Assembly: GCA_964016885.1 (NCBI GenBank)
Contig: OZ024743.1
Location: 167,276,001 to 167,340,000, forward strand
Length of the DNA stretch: 64,000 nt
From: Eledone cirrhosa
Taxonomy: Eukaryota
Direction: 5' to 3'
Shown here: one piece after another, positions 24,386-37,785 of the stretch
How the letters are laid out: each line of letters starts with the position of its first letter
Numbering within the stretch: the stretch's first letter is position 1
The notes under the pieces: model-generated
What the model saw: the letters and a program-made list of their open reading frames with translations, nothing else
What the model was told of the DNA's origin: nothing
The model's database searches: none
Made by a program: the position numbers and the translations under genes

Positions 24386-25885
24386 ATCATCATCATCATC
24401 ATCATCACCGTTTTATATTCATTCTTCCATGCTAGCATGGGTTAGATGAGTTGTCCTGTTGTGGGCAATGCCAGGCCAGGTGACCATGTCTTGTTCTTAC
24501 AGAACTGATTTTCGCTTGCTTTCTACAGCTGGATGCCTTTCCTAACACCAACCTCATTTACAGTGAGTACTGGGTGCTTTTTATCATGGCACCTGCACGA
24601 CCACTTTACAGTGTGGACTGGGTGCTTTTTGTCGTGAGACCTACACAACCACTTTACAGTGGGAGGGGTGGGGGAATATTGTCTATATGCTTCGGCTTGT
24701 AGCCATGGGAAGTTGGGTCTTCTGTATTAGTGTAATGCCAGAGGTCTCGGTCCTGTGTCATCTCCTTTGAGAGGTGCAATTGGGCAAGTTCAGCTTTTAT
24801 CACCTCATCCCAGATCTTCTTGGTTCTCCCCACTTCAAGGCTTCCATCGACTTTTAGCAGCTGTCATCCTTCATACACATCACATGACCATACCAACGTA
24901 ATCTCCTCTCCTGCACACAGCATTTGATTCCTCTTATGCCTAGTTTATACTTTGCCATTCATGTATATTACTATTACACATTCATCGGAGCATGCAAGCT
25001 TCGTTTCTTTCCAATCTAAGCAAGTCTTCTGCACACAACGCCCAGGTCTCACTACCATGAAACATTGTTTGTATGCATGCATCATACAGTCTGCTTTTCA
25101 TTTTGAGGGAAAAGCCTTTTGCAACTAGCAGTGGTAGTAGCTCCCTGAACTTCCTCCATCCCGTTCTTACCCAGGCTACTGTACTTTCAGAAGACCCACC
25201 TCCGCTGCTAAGTTGGCCACCCAGATAGCAGAAGCTGTTTACTGTTTCTACTGAGCCCTCCCAGAATTTGATAGTGTTTGTTTCCTGTGGTCGTTTGCTG
25301 CTTACTAGCTCAGTGCAACTGCTACCTGTAAAGCCTTCATTCTTAGCTAAACTTCCTGAGATCCCACTACATATCTTGTGTACCCATAGTTTGCATTTGG
25401 GGCAGAGGATGGAATTTTTACCTACACCTTTCCTACATACAGAGCAAGGCCATTTCCCTGAGGGGATCTGGGTTCTGTTTTCTCTTCTACTTACCTTAGT
25501 CTTTGTCAAGTTGACTTTGAGATCCATTCTTTCTGGGCCTTGCTTACATGTTTGGAATTTCTTCTCTTGTTCCACCATAGATTCAGCTATAAGTGTAAGA
25601 TCATCTGCATACAGAAGTTCCCATGGGCATCCAGTCTTAAACTTCTCTGTTATTGCCTGCAATACTATAATGAACAGGAGAGGGCTAAGAACAGAGCCCT
25701 GGTGGACACTAACCTGTATGCTAAATTCCTTGCTATGGTCTTTGTTAACCCTAACTTTGCTGACTGTTCCTCTATACATGGCTTGTACAGACTTCACAAG
25801 CCACTCATCTACTCCTAGTTTTCTAAGAGCCCACCAGATTATAGCACAAGGCACTCTGTCGAAGACTTTTTCCGGATTGACAAAT
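24386..25885 (-). mobile_element. RTE-PHD LINE, 5'-truncated, intronic antisense
   Basis: ORF 24982-25905: [32 protein letters not shown]; 3'UTR and (GAT)n tail. Confidence 0.93.
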
Positions 25886-27432
25886 ATCATCATCATCATA
25901 AACAATTGTTCCTTAATCTAATAATTGTGAGTTGGGAGCCTACAAAGTTGTTTCGGTTTTCATAGTTTTTACCTCAGTTAGGAAAATGACAAAGGTACAA
26001 AATGATATTATAATTCTCCGTCTTTTTTAAAAAACATTTGTGGACTCCTGACACAAACCAGATATCTTGTCACTCTCTGAAAAAAAATCTCTCACCATAA
26101 GTCTATAGTTCATATTTGCTGTTCAGGTTGTTTTCTATATTCTAACTTCCTTCTGAAAGCAAGTAGAATCCTCTCTCCTTAGAACTTAACTTTTTTTTTG
26201 TTATCAATTAACTGTGATGCCATTAATCAGAATTAGAATGTATTATTCAGCTATTTCTTGCCCAACATCAAAGGTATCTATCTCACTTGACCTCTCTCTC
26301 AAATCATCATCTTTGTTGACTTCATTGTCCACCAGTTTTATAACTTTCAAAATGTTTCCTTGTGGATTCTGCCAAGATAGTAGCTGATTTCTTTGCAATC
26401 TTGAACTCTGCAACAGTTCATATCATCACCTATACATAACCCTGATCAATGCATAGATTCCCCAAATGCTCTTTATTTCTTTATCATCTCCAAACATGTA
26501 CTAAATTACAACTATCTTTGCAGCTATCAGGTTTTCTGACCCCTGTTCAACAATAGTTACCCATCACACATATATATATATATACAATACCTCCATCTCT
26601 TAGACTCTATGCTGCTATGGCCCTTCAAGTCAAAGCTATTCCAGTTTTATATTAACTGTCCTTGACATCAAATGTCTTTTACTTTTGAAACAATTACATC
26701 CCGTAAAAATAAAAATTTCATGTGCTGCTTTTATATATTTTGTAGGAATTTTAACTCTTATACGTGGTCCCCAAACAATTTGGGGCTCATTAAACACTGG
26801 TGTCATCATAACTTTTGTCTGAACTAGAAACATGAAATACATTTATTTATATTAAGGCATAGATTGTATGGTTTCTTCTCCCAGCACATGATTCAAACAC
26901 TATCCTTAACATTCTACTGACTCAACTATTCAATGTATCACAATAACAGTAATGTGAATTGATCATAAAATGTAGTCAGTCTTGTCTAATTTTGAAGCTC
27001 AACTATTTTATTTGTTCTCATTTTGGTTTAATTTTTTTTTTAAGGTAGGGATGATAATAGTTTTATCATCATCACCTGTTTAATGTCCGTTTTCAATGTT
27101 AGCATGGGTGAGATGAGTTGTTCCGTTGTGAGACAAATAAGATCAGATGGCTGTGTCTTTTGCTCATACAGAAGTGTTACTAGCTTAGTTTCTATGGCTG
27201 GATGCTCTTCCTAACACTATTAATTAAAAGCAAATTTGAACTCAGAACTTTAAAAAACAAAATAATAATGGAAGAAATGACACAAAACATTTCTGCTGAT
27301 CTAATGATTCTGTCTATCCACTGTATTTAAATAGCAATGATAATGTCTGTTTCAAGAGGCAGAATAGCAGTAAATAATGTAAAGAAAGAGAGAAGTAGAG
27401 AAAATTCTATTTTGTTTTCTTTTACTTGCCAG

Positions 27433-27617
27433 ATTTTGTCATCATTGGTGCCAAGCCCTGCCTTCAGGGAAATGGTCATGCTGTCACAACATTTCCTGCT
27501 TATTTAATGGACATTTACAGAATGTTTGGTGATGCAAAGAAAGCATGGATGACTGCCCTTAATGCTGATGATGAACTGTGTGCTCTGCAGTTATGCCTGG
27601 CTGACATAAACTTGCAG
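27433..27617 (+). CDS. PARPBP: PARPBP/PARI-like coding exon 2
   Basis: Polypyrimidine tract and AG acceptor, GTAAGG donor (phase 0). TALNADDELCALQLCLADINLQ resembles my recollection of vertebrate PARPBP TLCGADSMLLALQLSMAENNKQ. Confidence 0.85.
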
Positions 27618-28469
27618 GTAAGGTAACTTCATCATCATCATTTAGTGTCCTTTTTCCCTGCTAGCAATGGTTGGGCGGGTTGCCACAAACCAAAGCAGTA
27701 CTTAATTGGTGATGCTGCATCCATCATGCATTTTAGAAAGGTTTTCTCCTTGACACAGCTAAAGAGTCTTCTCTACCCTTTGTTTGATGGAAATATTATG
27801 TCGTGGGTTTTTTGTTATCTTCATTATTTATGAGTGCATGGCCTAGAGCTAAGGGTGTTAAACTTATGATCATAATGTTGTGGGTTTCATTCTTGGACTG
27901 GGTTGTGTGTTTTATTCTTGATTAAAACATTTCATTTCATGTTGCTCAAGTTTAATTCAGCTAAAAATGAATACCAGCAATAACTGGGGGTTTAACCCTG
28001 CGATGGACTGGCATCCTGTCAAAGAGGGAGTCTTGTATTCTGTCACTTTATTCCATGGGAACTGGGATAAGCACCAGCTTGATGAACCTCCATGCTCGAG
28101 ACAGACTTTAAACTTTTTTAGATAACTTAGTGTCCAAAGTTCAGTGTTAGCCTTTTCTAAATTCAAATGGTCATGCTGTCACAACATTTAAGTTTAATTT
28201 TGTTACTCATTGTTCCAGAATTGTAAAAATACAGTTATTGTAGCCTAAGATTCCAAATAGCCAAGTTTTCCCAGCTATAAAATAAGTACAATCCAGCTTG
28301 AAGTAGTAACAGAACTGTTATTGTTTTGAGTTTGTGAGTTCACCCTCTGTTGCAAGTATATCATGAAGAGAGATGGGTTCTGCCAAACTGATTTATTTAT
28401 TTTTATTTTATGATATAATTGGTAAACAATAGCATTGATGGTTACAGGTACCCAACGGGTCATTCCCTG

Positions 28470-30880
28470 TATTTGTAATGCATGTTTTGCGATGCGAAGA
28501 CCAAAGACGGTGGGGTTTCAAGATTGCGAGTCAGTGTGTCAAGGAAAATTGTGATGTTGTTGGAGAGAAGAGTGTTCGAGATGATAATGCTGAAAAGTAA
28601 ATCACACGGAAGTGCCATTATGAAAATTACTGAATGAGAAGAATGCATGGGAGCAAGATAGTCTACCCCAAGTGGACCCAACAAAGGGTCTAGCCATATA
28701 AGTCAGCAACAGCATAGTAAGGCAATTAAGGATATGAAGAGTGCGGGAACCAGCTAGTCCATGAAGGATAGTCACTGAGATGCTAAAAGCATCTGGGATG
28801 GTGGGTCACACCTTAACTACTAGTATTGTAAACCAAATAATACTAAATGGTGTCATACCCAATGAATGGGGTAGCAGCATCATTGTCAACTGCTACAGGT
28901 CATGAAGGTCACAGAAATAGTTATAGTACGGCTGATTACGAACCAAGTTAACTTAGATGAGGTGCAGTTTGGACTTGTGCCAGGTAAAACTACCACTGAT
29001 GCACTCTTCCTTGTGAGGAACCTACAGAAGTACCTAGCTAAAAGTAAGCTGCTCTACTTGGCATCTGTTAACCTGGAGAAAACTTTTGACAGAGTCCCTT
29101 GTGCCATAATCTGGTGGGCTCTTAGAAAACTAGTAGATGAGCAGTTTGTGAAGGCAGTACCAGCCATATATAGAGAAGCAGTCAGCAAAGTTATGATTAG
29201 CAATGACTATAGCAAACTAACAGGTAGGGAGAAATACGTATGCAGTAGATGTACAGGGAAATTTGACAATAGAAGTCGCATTGATAGACACATTTTTCAA
29301 ATGCAGGCGGGTGCTATAGAAGTGGTTGATAACTTCCGGTACCTAGGTGGTCAGATTAGCATGGGAGGGGGGTGTTCTGAGGCCATAGTATCTAGAATAA
29401 GGACGGGTTGGAAGAAGTTTAGAGAGCTGCTTCCTCAGCTGACGAACAAGGGTTTCTCCCTGCATACGAAAAGCCAGTTATATGATGCCTGTGTGATGTG
29501 CGCGATGCTGCATGGTAGTGAGACATGGGCAGGAACTGCAGAGGATATGCGACGGTGGGAGAGAAATGAGGCAAACATGCTCCGTTGGATGTGTTGAGAG
29601 AGAAACTGTGTCTGAGAGAGATAAATTGTCGTGTGTGGGAGAGGAGACTGCGATCGTATGGACATGTGATGCGCATGGAGGATGGCCGATGGGTGAAGAA
29701 ATGCCAAGAAATGCCAGTTGAAGGAAGACATAGTAGAGGAAGACCACGAAAAACATGGGCGGAGGTGGTGAGAGCAGACCTCAGATTGCTGAAGATCACG
29801 GTGGAGATGACGAAGGACCGTGACAAGTGGAGAGATGCTGTGCTGAATAGGACCTGTCTCACCCTTGCAAGCAGAGAAAAAGGTGGTGATGAGGATGATG
29901 ATAGCGAAGAATTTAGCATATAGGTAGGAATCCACCAGAGCTCTATTCTTAGCCATCTCCTGTTTATTATCATCCTGCAGTCTATAACAGGAGTTTAAGA
30001 CTGGCTGTCCATGGGAACTCCTGTATGCAGATGATCTAACCTTTATAGCTGAATATATGACAAAATTAGAAAAGAAATTCCAAACCTGGAAGCATGGCCT
30101 AGATTCAAAAGTCAACTTGGCAAAAACGGAGGTTCTAGTAAGTAGAAAGGTAAACAGGGCCCAGATCCCCTCAAGGAAATGGTCTTGCTCAGTGTGCAGG
30201 AAAGGAGTAGGTAAAAATTCCATCCTATGTTTCAAAGGCAGTCTTTGTGTACACAAGGGATATAGTGGGATCTAATGCAGGCTAGCAAAGAATGTTGGCT
30301 TTGTATGTGGACAATGCACAGGAGTGGTAAGGAATAAGAGCTCACGGGAAACATACTCAGAAGGCTCTGTAGAAGTAGTACACCACTTCTGTTTTCTAGG
30401 GGAACATATTGGCAGTGGAGGTAGATGATCTGAAAGTATAGTAGCCAGAGTGAGAACAGGATGGAAATAGTTCGGGGAGCTACAACTGCTGCTAGCTACA
30501 AGAGGTTTTTCTCTCAAAATGAAAGGCAGATTGTATGAAGTTTGTGTACAGTAATGCTGCATGGCAGTGAGACCTGGGCAATATGTGCAGAGGACCTATG
30601 AATATTGGAAAGAAATGAAGTCTACATGCTCTGATGGATGTGACACAGCATCAGTGAACTGAGAGAAACTAAACATAAGGGTCAGATGCAATCTACAGGA
30701 GAGGAAATTGCAGTGGTTTATACATGTGTATAGAGGATGACAAACGTATAAAGAGGTGCAGGGCACTCAAAGATGATTATAATTATGGAAGAAGACACAG
30801 GAGATGACACAGCACTGACTGCTTTGACGTCATGCTGTTCTTCAGAAGACCACCGTCCCATGTGCACAAAATGAAATGAA
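28470..30880 (+). mobile_element. Degenerate RTE-PHD LINE with a nested 5'-truncated subfamily-B copy (~29213-29900)
   Basis: Host RT is interrupted at SNDYS and resumes at SEEFSI after a (GAT)-type tail; ATAGC is duplicated at the junctions. Confidence 0.85.
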
Positions 30881-31174
30881 ACAAACATGCAGAGGACGCA
30901 CTAGCCTGCAGCAATCCTCGCCCCCGCCTTAATTCACACCTGTAACATATCCCATGCACCTAATCGATGTTGAACTCACTCACAAACCATTTTGTTTGAT
31001 ATTCAAATGATTCTGCCAATCCTCTGCCTGAATCATTAGTAATAGTAGAAATAAATCCAACACAAGTCCTCATGTTTTGCTACTATTCACCAGTGAAAGA
31101 AAGTGTTGGTTGTTTAGGAGATTAGTATCGGTGTACATATAAAATTATTACAAAAGACAATAAATGCCGGTGTG

Positions 31175-31611
31175 TGTTGTGATAATGTTTTTACTTCACA
31201 GAAGTCAAAGGGATTAATATAAATGAATCATTACCCGTGGATCACAACTCCTAGGCTGAAGTGTGGAGAAAAGGAGAGATCTTCTCTTGGAGGTTTTAAC
31301 ATCTTCTTAGGTTCTTAGGCTGCTGGTGGCATCCTTCTTGAGTGGCGAAGGAAAATGAGAGAGGAATCATCTCATGATAAAGTCGCAGGTGTTGTTACCA
31401 CTTTGGGATTCAGGAGGCGATAGAGGGAGGTCGTCCTAACCTGTTCCTTTTATAGGGTCCGACTGGAAGTGACCAACAGGGTTCTATCACCCCCAGAGAG
31501 CGGTAATGAGATTGTCATTACAAGGGAGGCAACTATTGCTACAGTTGTGTAGGTTTGCATTTGGTTTAGGGTATTTGTTCAGTGTTTAGTGGATAGATTG
31601 GAGTAATAACA
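31175..31611 (-). mobile_element. Possible solo LTR
   Basis: TGTT...AACA termini and a minus-strand TATAAAAG; no convincing TSD. Confidence 0.3.
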
Positions 31612-31667
31612 GTCTTATTTACATATTTAATAAATATAAAGTTAAATTTGTATATATATATATAAAG

Positions 31668-34186
31668 CAAACCTGCTGATGGCGGCAGACGAAGTCTGTG
31701 GCTGGAGCAGGCCTATAGGCAGGAGGAGAGTAACATGGTGGTGGAACAGTAAGGTGGAGGAGTGAATTAAGGCCAAAAAGCAGGCTTGGAAAGTATGGCG
31801 GGATGGGGGAAGTAGAGAAGACTATCAAGTGGCCAGGAGGGAAGCTAGGAGACAAGTGTACTTCGCAAGAAGGGAAGCAGAGGAAAGAAAGTTCAAGCAT
31901 GTTCTACAACGCGAGGACCAAAAACGTGAGGTGTTCAGGATTGCTAGGCAATGTGTCAAGGAAAACCGTGATATTGTTGGGGAGAAGTGTGTCCTTAATG
32001 ATGATGGTGTACTTGCCATCACTGACGCTAATAAGAAGGTAACTTGGAAGTGTCACTACAAAAGGCTACTAAATGAGGAGAATAAATGGGAGAAAGACAG
32101 TCTCCCCCACATCGACCCAATAGAGGGACCAGCAGTGTTAGTCGAAGGTAGTATAATAAGTAAGGCAATCAAAGATATGAAGACGGGTAAGGCGGCTGGG
32201 CCTTCGGAAATAGTTGCTGAAATGCTGAAAGCTTCTGGAACGGTGGGACACACCATGGTCACCCGGATAGTAAACCAAGTCATATAGAATGGGGTTGTTC
32301 CGAAGGACTGGCGTAGCAGCATCATCATTAACTGCTACAAGGGTAAAGGAGATGCCCTAGATAGGGGTAACTATAGAGGCATTAAATTAATCGACCAGGT
32401 CATGAAGGTCACAGAAAAAGTAATAGCGCAACTAATCAGAGAGAGAATTGATATAGATGAAATGCAGTTCGGGTTTGTGTCAGGTAAAAGTACCACAGAT
32501 GCTCTTTTCATTGTACGACAACTACAGGAGAAGTACCTAGCTAAAAGTAAACCCCTATACTTAGCTTTTGTCGATTTGGAGAAAGCCTTCGACAGAGTCC
32601 CCCGTTCCATTATCTGGTGGGCTCTTAGAAAACTAGGTGTTGATGAATGGCTTGTGAGAGCTATACAAGCCATGTATAAAGAAACAGTCAGCAAGGTTAG
32701 AATTAACAACGAATATAGTGAAGAGTTTAGCGTAAAAGTTGGTGTTCATCAGGGCTCCGTTCTGAGTCCCCTACTATTTATTATTGCCCTTCAGGCTATA
32801 ACAGAGGAGTTCAAGACCGGCTGCCCATGGGAGCTCCTATATGCAGATGATCTAACGCTCATTGCTGAATCAATGGCCGAACTAGAGAAGAAATTCCAAA
32901 CATGGACATGGAAGCAGGGCCTAGAATCAAAAGGCCTTAAAATTAACCTGGCTAAGACTAAAGTTCTAGTTTGTAGGAAGGAAAATAGGGTGCCGGTCCC
33001 ATCCGGGGAAATGGCCATGCTCAGTGTGTAGGAAAGGAGTAGGTAGAAACTCCATTTTATGTCCCAAATGCAAAGTATGGGTACATTAAAGATGTAGTGG
33101 GATCACAGGTAAGCTAACTAAGAACATAGATTTTATATGTGGCCAGTGCCCTGGTGCAATAAGTAGCAGCAAGTGCCCACAGAATACTAGCTCATTCCAT
33201 TGCACAGATGGTTCTATAGAAATAGTGGACAGCTTCCGTTACCTGGGTGACAAAATCAGCAGTGGGGGAGGGTGCTCTGAAAGTACAGTAGCTAGAGTCA
33301 GAACTGGATGGAAAAAGTTCAGAGAGCTTATACCACTATTAGCCGCTAAAGGGTTCTCCCTAAAAATGAAAGGCAGGCTGTATGATGCCTGCATACGAAC
33401 AGCAATGTTGCATGGCCGTGAGACCTGGGCATTGTGTGCAGATGATATACGTAGACTGGAGAGGAACGAAGCTTGCATGCTCCGCTGGATGTGTAACAGT
33501 AATATACGTGAACGGCAAAGCATAAACGAACTAAGGGAAAAATTAGAAATAAGAGGGATCAGATGTTGTTTACTCGAGAGAAGACTACGTTGGTATGGTC
33601 ACGTGATGCGCATGAAAGCATGAAAGACGACAGCTGTATAAAAAAGTGCAGGGCAATAAAGATAGACGGTAGCCACGGAGTAGGCAGACCCAGAAAAACC
33701 TGGGACGACTTGATAAATTCCGACCTCACACACTTACACCTCTCCAAGACAATGTCACTGGACCGAGATCTTTGACGCTACACAGTAATAGAGAAGACCC
33801 GCCTTACCTAAGTACAAAGTGAAACCCACTCCAGTCAGTAGGCACCTCTAACAAAATACACCCCGTCCCACTACCCCCACCCCATCCACACCACCCCTTT
33901 CAATGTAAAGTTATGTTGGTACCACAACATCCAGCCCAAAACAAATGAGGTCGTGTAGGTGTCACGACAAAAAAAGACACAGTCCACGCTGTAATGTGGC
34001 CGTGTAGGTAACACGGTAAAAACCTCCCAGTTCCACACTGTAAACGTGGTTGGTGTTAGGAAGGGCATCCCGCCAGACAGTCCTATGCGAGCAAGACAAC
34101 CACTCTTGCCTCAAGTGGGAAAACTCCGTCCAAACCCATGCAAGCGTGGAATATGGACGTTAAACGATGATGATGATGATGATGAT
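31668..34186 (+). mobile_element. RTE-PHD LINE, 5'-truncated, few disablements
   Basis: ORFs 31829-32287, 32402-33031 and 33225-33623 cover RT, PHD and the C-terminus; 3'UTR and (GAT)n tail; 5' end abuts a short (TA)n. Confidence 0.95.
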
Positions 34187-34191
34187 TTAAT

Positions 34192-34527
34192 GAAGGCACA
34201 TGGCTTAGTGGTTAGAGCATTGGCCTTGCAATCGAAAGGTGGTGAGTTCAATTCTCAGACCGGGTGATGTGTTGTTTCCTTGAGCAAGACACTTTATTTC
34301 ACATTGCTCCAGTTTACTCAGCTGTAGAAATGAGATGATAGGGTCTGGGGTCCCTATCATTCCACTGCAAAGTGGTCGTGGAGGTGCCACGGCAAAAAAG
34401 CACCCAGCCCACACTGTAAATGAGGTTGGTGTTAGGAAGGGCATCCAGCTGTAGAAATCAAGCCAAAATCAGTTCCCGTCCCACCCTTGCAAGCAGGGAA
34501 AAGCGGATGTAAAATGATGATGATGAT
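34192..34527 (+). mobile_element. tRNA-headed SINE with conserved central domain and RTE-derived 3' tail
   Basis: A-box TGGCTTAGTGG, B-box GAGTTCAATTC, central GTGTTGTTTCCTTGAGCAAGACACTTTA; tail matches the RTE-PHD 3'UTR (GTTGGTGTTAGGAAGGGCATCCAGC...(GAT)n). Confidence 0.9.
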
Positions 34528-34746
34528 AGTATAGAAGTAATTAATTTACACATTGATTATATAGAAATGTAAACATGTTAAATATACATATTTCCCTGTA
34601 GATTGAAAAAATGTTAAATACCTTTAGTCGATTTTCAAACCTTTTGGGGCTTTCATCAGAAGCGATGTATATCATCTAAACAACCACAAGGAAATACAGC
34701 ATTAAATTTCATCTTTTGTTCTTTTTTATTCATGCATTCTTTTCAG

Positions 34747-35055
34747 ACCAGTGGTGATTTTGATGTTCCAATCAGTGATGTATTAACTGCACTTAAGAAT
34801 GTTCAACAGAGAAAACTAGCTGCATTTGCTGAAAATGGCTCTCTGGGTGAAAATTCTAACCCCAGTGTTTCTTCAAATGAGGATGTTTTTAATAAATACC
34901 AACAGTTTTTGAGCAGTTGTAATTATATAGACTTCTATGATATCTTTAACTTCTACCGGAAATGTTCTAATGCACAAGATGCAATTGATGCACATCTAAC
35001 ATGCATAACTGGAAAGTCTTTCATCCTTTTAGATTTACCTTTGCATCCAGTTGAG
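34747..35055 (+). CDS. PARPBP: PARPBP/PARI-like coding exon 3 (gene continues beyond the recognisable sequence)
   Basis: TTTCAG acceptor and GTATGT donor, both phase 0. TSGDFDVPISDVLTALK...EDVFNKYQQFLSSCNYIDFYDIF resembles recalled PARPBP HSGEFTVSLSDVLLTWK...EDVRKIYDDFLKNSNMLDLIDVY. Confidence 0.88.
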
Positions 35056-35179
35056 GTATGTATACATTACTGTGTGTCCTGATATATATATTTGATGTAT
35101 GTATCAAAATATTGTTGTTTTTTTATGTTTGACTTACTCTGTTTTTATCTCTCTTTCATACTATGTCTCATACACACAC

Positions 35180-35228
<49 letters not shown>

Positions 35229-35394
35229 ATTAAAAAGTCATTTGTCTCTAATACTTAGACATCTCAATGAATGGATAAAAGATACAGATAAAATATCGAA
35301 CTCAGAGAAGTAATTTAACAAATTAAACTTATCCCAAAATCTCAATTTAGGGGACCGACAAAAATAAGTTAGTCTAACTCATATAACCATCTTC

Positions 35395-36655
35395 CAATCA
35401 CTCTTTTCCATGTCCGGTGGTCAGTGCCAACATGTGCATTGAAGTCTCACATCAGGAGATATGACTTAGTCTTAACTACGTCTAATGCTGCAGTGACTTC
35501 ATCAACGAAGGACCTGAATTTGGACTCCATGTTTGATGCATAAACTTGCACCACTCACAGAGACCTATATTTTCACCCTAAGCTTCAATAGGCAAATCCT
35601 CCCTCCTAATGGGATCCAGTCCATAACACATTCTGACAGCTGGGGGCTTGTGAGTATTTCCACTCCCGCCTGTATAGTCATTTCTGGCACCACGCCAAAT
35701 ATTTGTGTTTGCATAAATGGTGCTAAATCAAAACCATTCAATGTGGGATTCGGACTCCGCCAAGAGTGAGTACTGTCACCTCTCCTGTTCATTATTTACA
35801 TGAATTGGATTGACATGTGCAGCTAGGCTGGAAGTGGTATCGCGACTGGCAGGTGCAAAATCAGTCGGCTGGAATTTGCAGACATGATGTTACTTACCTC
35901 AACAGAAGATGACTCCAACTTGCACTTGATAGGTTTGATGCTGAGTGCTGCATGGCTGGAATGAAGATCATTGCTGTGAAAACTGAGACACTCGTCCTCT
36001 CAAGTAAACCTGTGCAGTGCACTCTACATGTAAATGGACTTCCACTGAAGCAGGTAGAGAAGTTCAAGTATCTTAGGACCGTGTTTATGAATGGTGGAAG
36101 ACAGGAGGCTGAATTAAGTGAAAAAATTTCTGAAGCTGTTGCAGTAATGCACCAGCTTCAGCATTCTGTAATCAGAAGGGAGGTGGGTGAGGGCCAAATT
36201 CGCTATCTTCAATTCAGTATTCATGTCAACCCTTACCTATGGTCATGAATTGTGGATAATGACCGAAAGAATACAATTGCGAATAAGCGACCAAAATGGG
36301 GTTCCTCCGAAGGGTCTTTGAAGTAATGTTACTCGATAGAGTGCATAGCTAATAGATCAGAAAGCCACTCCAGATAGAGCCACTACCTCTCTGAATTGAG
36401 AGATCGCAACTTTGATACTATGGGCATGTGATTAGAATGTCTCCGGAAAGAATCATCACTGGACAGATTTTATGGGCAAAATGAACTGGCAGAAGACCCT
36501 GGGGTAGACCCTGAGCAAGATGATTGAATAACATCCATCAGCTTAGCTGGTCTCACTAGGGGATCCAGCAGGATCAGCTGGAGACGGTTGCTTCTGACAG
36601 GACCCGTTGGAAGGAGTGTTTGAGGACTCTGCCTGCTACGACCCTCTCAGGAAGG
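35395..36655 (+). mobile_element. Second RTE-like LINE family (no PHD) with inverted 5' APE segment
   Basis: 35395-35695 minus encodes APE motifs (QVYA, DFNAHVG). 35696-36650 plus encodes [34 protein letters not shown]. Confidence 0.85.
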
Positions 36656-36919
36656 GGAAGTTTTTCTTCCAATATCGGTTGTTTCAATGATCTGAAATAA
36701 TTAATATTGTTTCTTTTATTCTTGTAGGGAGATGATTATATGAATTGTTAGACTAACTTATTTTAGTTGGTCTGACTTATAGTCCCCTAAATTGAGATTT
36801 TGGCATAAATTTAATATATATATATTATGTTACGTTATCAATACATTAAATATGTAATGATCTTGTTTCTCAAAAGATATATATTTCTCCTCTCTCTCTA
36901 TATATATCTTTTAAACTTA

Positions 36920-37729
36920 TCTCTCTCTATATATATAAAATTCTCTGTCTGTCTTTTCCTTATGCATTCTCAAACGGCTTGACCAAATGAAATCAAATTT
37001 TACAAGGAATTAACATGTAAATTTTATTTTCATTTGGATTAAAACAATATAACATTTTATCTAAAATAATCTACTATAAACTATATGTAAACAGACATTT
37101 TATAACACAACGATGTCACATTTTGTATATGAGTGTGTATGTGTTGGTGAGTGTGTGTGTTTGCGTGTTCATTACATACATTAGGCCTTAGTAAGTTACA
37201 TACACACGCATATTCACGCAAATATTTAATCAGATACACAGAGAATTAAACACACACACACACACACACATCTACACATAAATATACATATGTGATGACT
37301 GACAAGTATATGTGTGTGAGTGTATGTAAGGTTGAATTTAAGAGGCTTCAGTTTCCAGTCAAACTAAGTTTTGTTATTTCAATTTATAAATCTCTGGGTC
37401 AATCCCTCAAGGTAGTTGGACTTGATCTCTCTACATGTTTCTCCCACAGTTAACTCTATGTTGGTTGTCATGAGTTGGAAGCAGCAATAATTTACTCATT
37501 TGGATACCAACAAAAAATTACACAATAAATATTGTTTACCCTGAGGTGCTTCAAAATGGACAGATTTTCATTTCTAAATTCTATTATCATTACAATTTTG
37601 ATATTTTTCTTTTATGAAATATAGATATTTTGAAATAATTATGAGAAAAAAAAAATATCTTCATATTTATTGTTTACTAATCTGAATAAGAACAGCAGTA
37701 ACCCAGGCAACACCAGGTCTTTCAGCTAG
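36920..37729 (+). mobile_element. Non-autonomous Helitron
   Basis: A|TC start, TATATATAAAA and TCTGTCTGTC subterminal; ends with degenerate hairpin CCCAGGCAACACCAGG then CTAG|T. Confidence 0.7.
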
Positions 37730-37785
37730 TATATATATAGAGAGAGAGAAAGGACCATATATCTGAGAGAATACACAATATAATG

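Noticed and set aside
34192-34265. tRNA gene
   Set aside because: No proper acceptor stem or terminator; it continues into a SINE body and is repeated at 59812.
36728-36751. Next PARPBP exon after TTCTTGTAG
   Set aside because: Phase-0 reading stops after 7 codons and it lies inside an inverted repeat; the acceptor-like site at ~37449 also stops quickly.
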